Shown here: in pieces, positions 62,775-64,000 of the stretch | How positions within the stretch are numbered: position 1 is the first letter of the stretch | Layout of the letters: each line of letters opens with the position of its first letter | From: Octopus sinensis | Lineage: Eukaryota | NCBI RefSeq assembly: GCF_006345805.1 | Contig: NC_043002.1 | Location: forward strand, 107,260,001 to 107,324,000 | Direction of reading: 5' to 3' | DNA: 64,000 bases | Translations under genes and position numbers: made by a program | The notes under the pieces: generated by a model | The model's input: only the letters and a program-made list of their open reading frames with translations | Told to the model about the DNA's origin: nothing | Databases searched by the model: none

Positions 62775-63365
62775 TAATGTCAGTCCATGTGTGGTGCAAT
62801 ATATATTTATATATGGTTGTTTGTGTGTGTATGTATATATGGGTGGGTGTGTTTGTGTGTGTATGTATATATGGATGGGTGTATGTGTGTATGTATGTAT
62901 GGATGGGTGTGTGTGTGTTTGTGTGTGTATGTATATATGGATGGGTGTATGTGTGTGTGTGTATTATATATGGATGGGTGTGTGTGTGTATGTATATGTC
63001 GATGGGTGTGTGTGTGTGTGTGTTTGTGTGTGTAGTGCAATATATATATGTGTGTTTATGTGTGTGGTGCAATATATATATGTGTGTGTTAGTGTGTGTA
63101 TGTACATATGGTTGGGTGTGTGTGTTTATGTGTGTGTGGTGCAATATATGTGTGTTTGTGGGTGTATGTATATATGGATAGGTGTGTGTGTTTGTGTATG
63201 TATGTATATATGGGTGTGTGTGTGTATGGGTGTATGTGTGTTTGTGTGTGTATGTATATATGGGTGCATATATATATGTGTGTGTGTGTGTATATATGTA
63301 TATATGTGTGTATGTGTGTGTATATATGTATATACGTGTGTGTATATACATACACACACGTGTGT
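62775..63365. repeat. Compound (TG)/(TA)/(GGAT) microsatellite
   Basis: Direct inspection. Confidence 0.95.
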
Positions 63366-63862
63366 GTTTAATGTCTATTTCTGGCAATGAGGATTTTTTT
63401 CAAAATACAAAAGTAGAAATTCCCCCCCTACCACATTCAAAATTGACGGGTTTTTTTTTTTAATCTTTTCTGAATGAGTCAACATGTAACTTAAAATATT
63501 GTATTTAAATTTTGTAAACTTCTTTTACAATTCAATATCTACAAAAGACAAAATTGAAATTACTCATTTCCTTTCTATCATATTTTACTGGAAACTTTGA
63601 CAAGGCACAATTCTCACTGGCAACATGCACATTCACTTACTTAAACAGCCACCACCAACACAACCACCACCTCTACTACTACTACTACTACTACTGTAAT
63701 TGTAAGTAAAAATTATCTTTGTATTAAATGTGTTAATATGTTTACATATTTAATGTTAATATGTCAACATTAACCTAAGTGCTGTTTTTCAAACCAATGT
63801 CATATCGTTAATTATTTTCTATCAAAGTTATTAGAACCAGGTTGTTTATATTTGTTAACTAG

Positions 63863-63905
63863 AAGCTACTTTGGAACATCGTCCATGTTTTGCAGGGTTT
63901 TTCAG
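63863..63905 (+). CDS. Candidate 43-nt exon KLLWNIVHVLQGFS
   Basis: TTTATATTTGTTAACTAG| acceptor, CAG|GTGATT donor. The phase 0 start fits the previous exon, but all three frames are open. Confidence 0.35.
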
Positions 63906-63932
63906 GTGATTATGGATTGAATTGTGGAAACT

Positions 63933-64000
63933 CATGGATTAGTGGTTAGGGTGTTGGACTTATGATTCTAAGATTGTCGTTTCGATTCCTGGACCAGGCA
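63933..64000 (+). mobile_element. tRNA-derived SINE head, cut by the window end
   Basis: TTAGTGGTTAGGG A box and GTTTCGATTCC B box. Confidence 0.65.

Overview
Eukaryotic, AT-rich, very repeat-dense genomic DNA. The SINE and LINE families look like those of coleoid cephalopods, most likely Octopus (inference from recalled repeat families; no database search was run). Almost all ORFs in the supplied track are microsatellite or repeat artefacts. What the sequence supports: (1) a decayed RTE-type LINE at 39.6-41.8 kb (RT with YADD plus an inserted PHD-like finger). Its 3' UTR carries a hairpin minisatellite and recurs as about 23 5'-truncated copies. (2) Several tRNA-derived SINE families. (3) Four non-autonomous Helitrons, a DINE-1/HINE-like element, maT (DD37D-type) and mariner remnants, piggyBac-type and hAT-type MITEs, and CR1/RTE scraps. 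(4) Long microsatellites, including about 4.4 kb of imperfect (TA)n. (5) A phase-compatible chain of short + strand exons at 54.7-63.9 kb, missed by the ORF track, suggesting an unidentified host gene with microexons. (6) A recurring set of Penelope/retrozyme-type minimal hammerhead-ribozyme motifs, several sitting at the apex or ends of long fold-back inverted repeats. No rRNA, intact tRNA or true CRISPR array was found.
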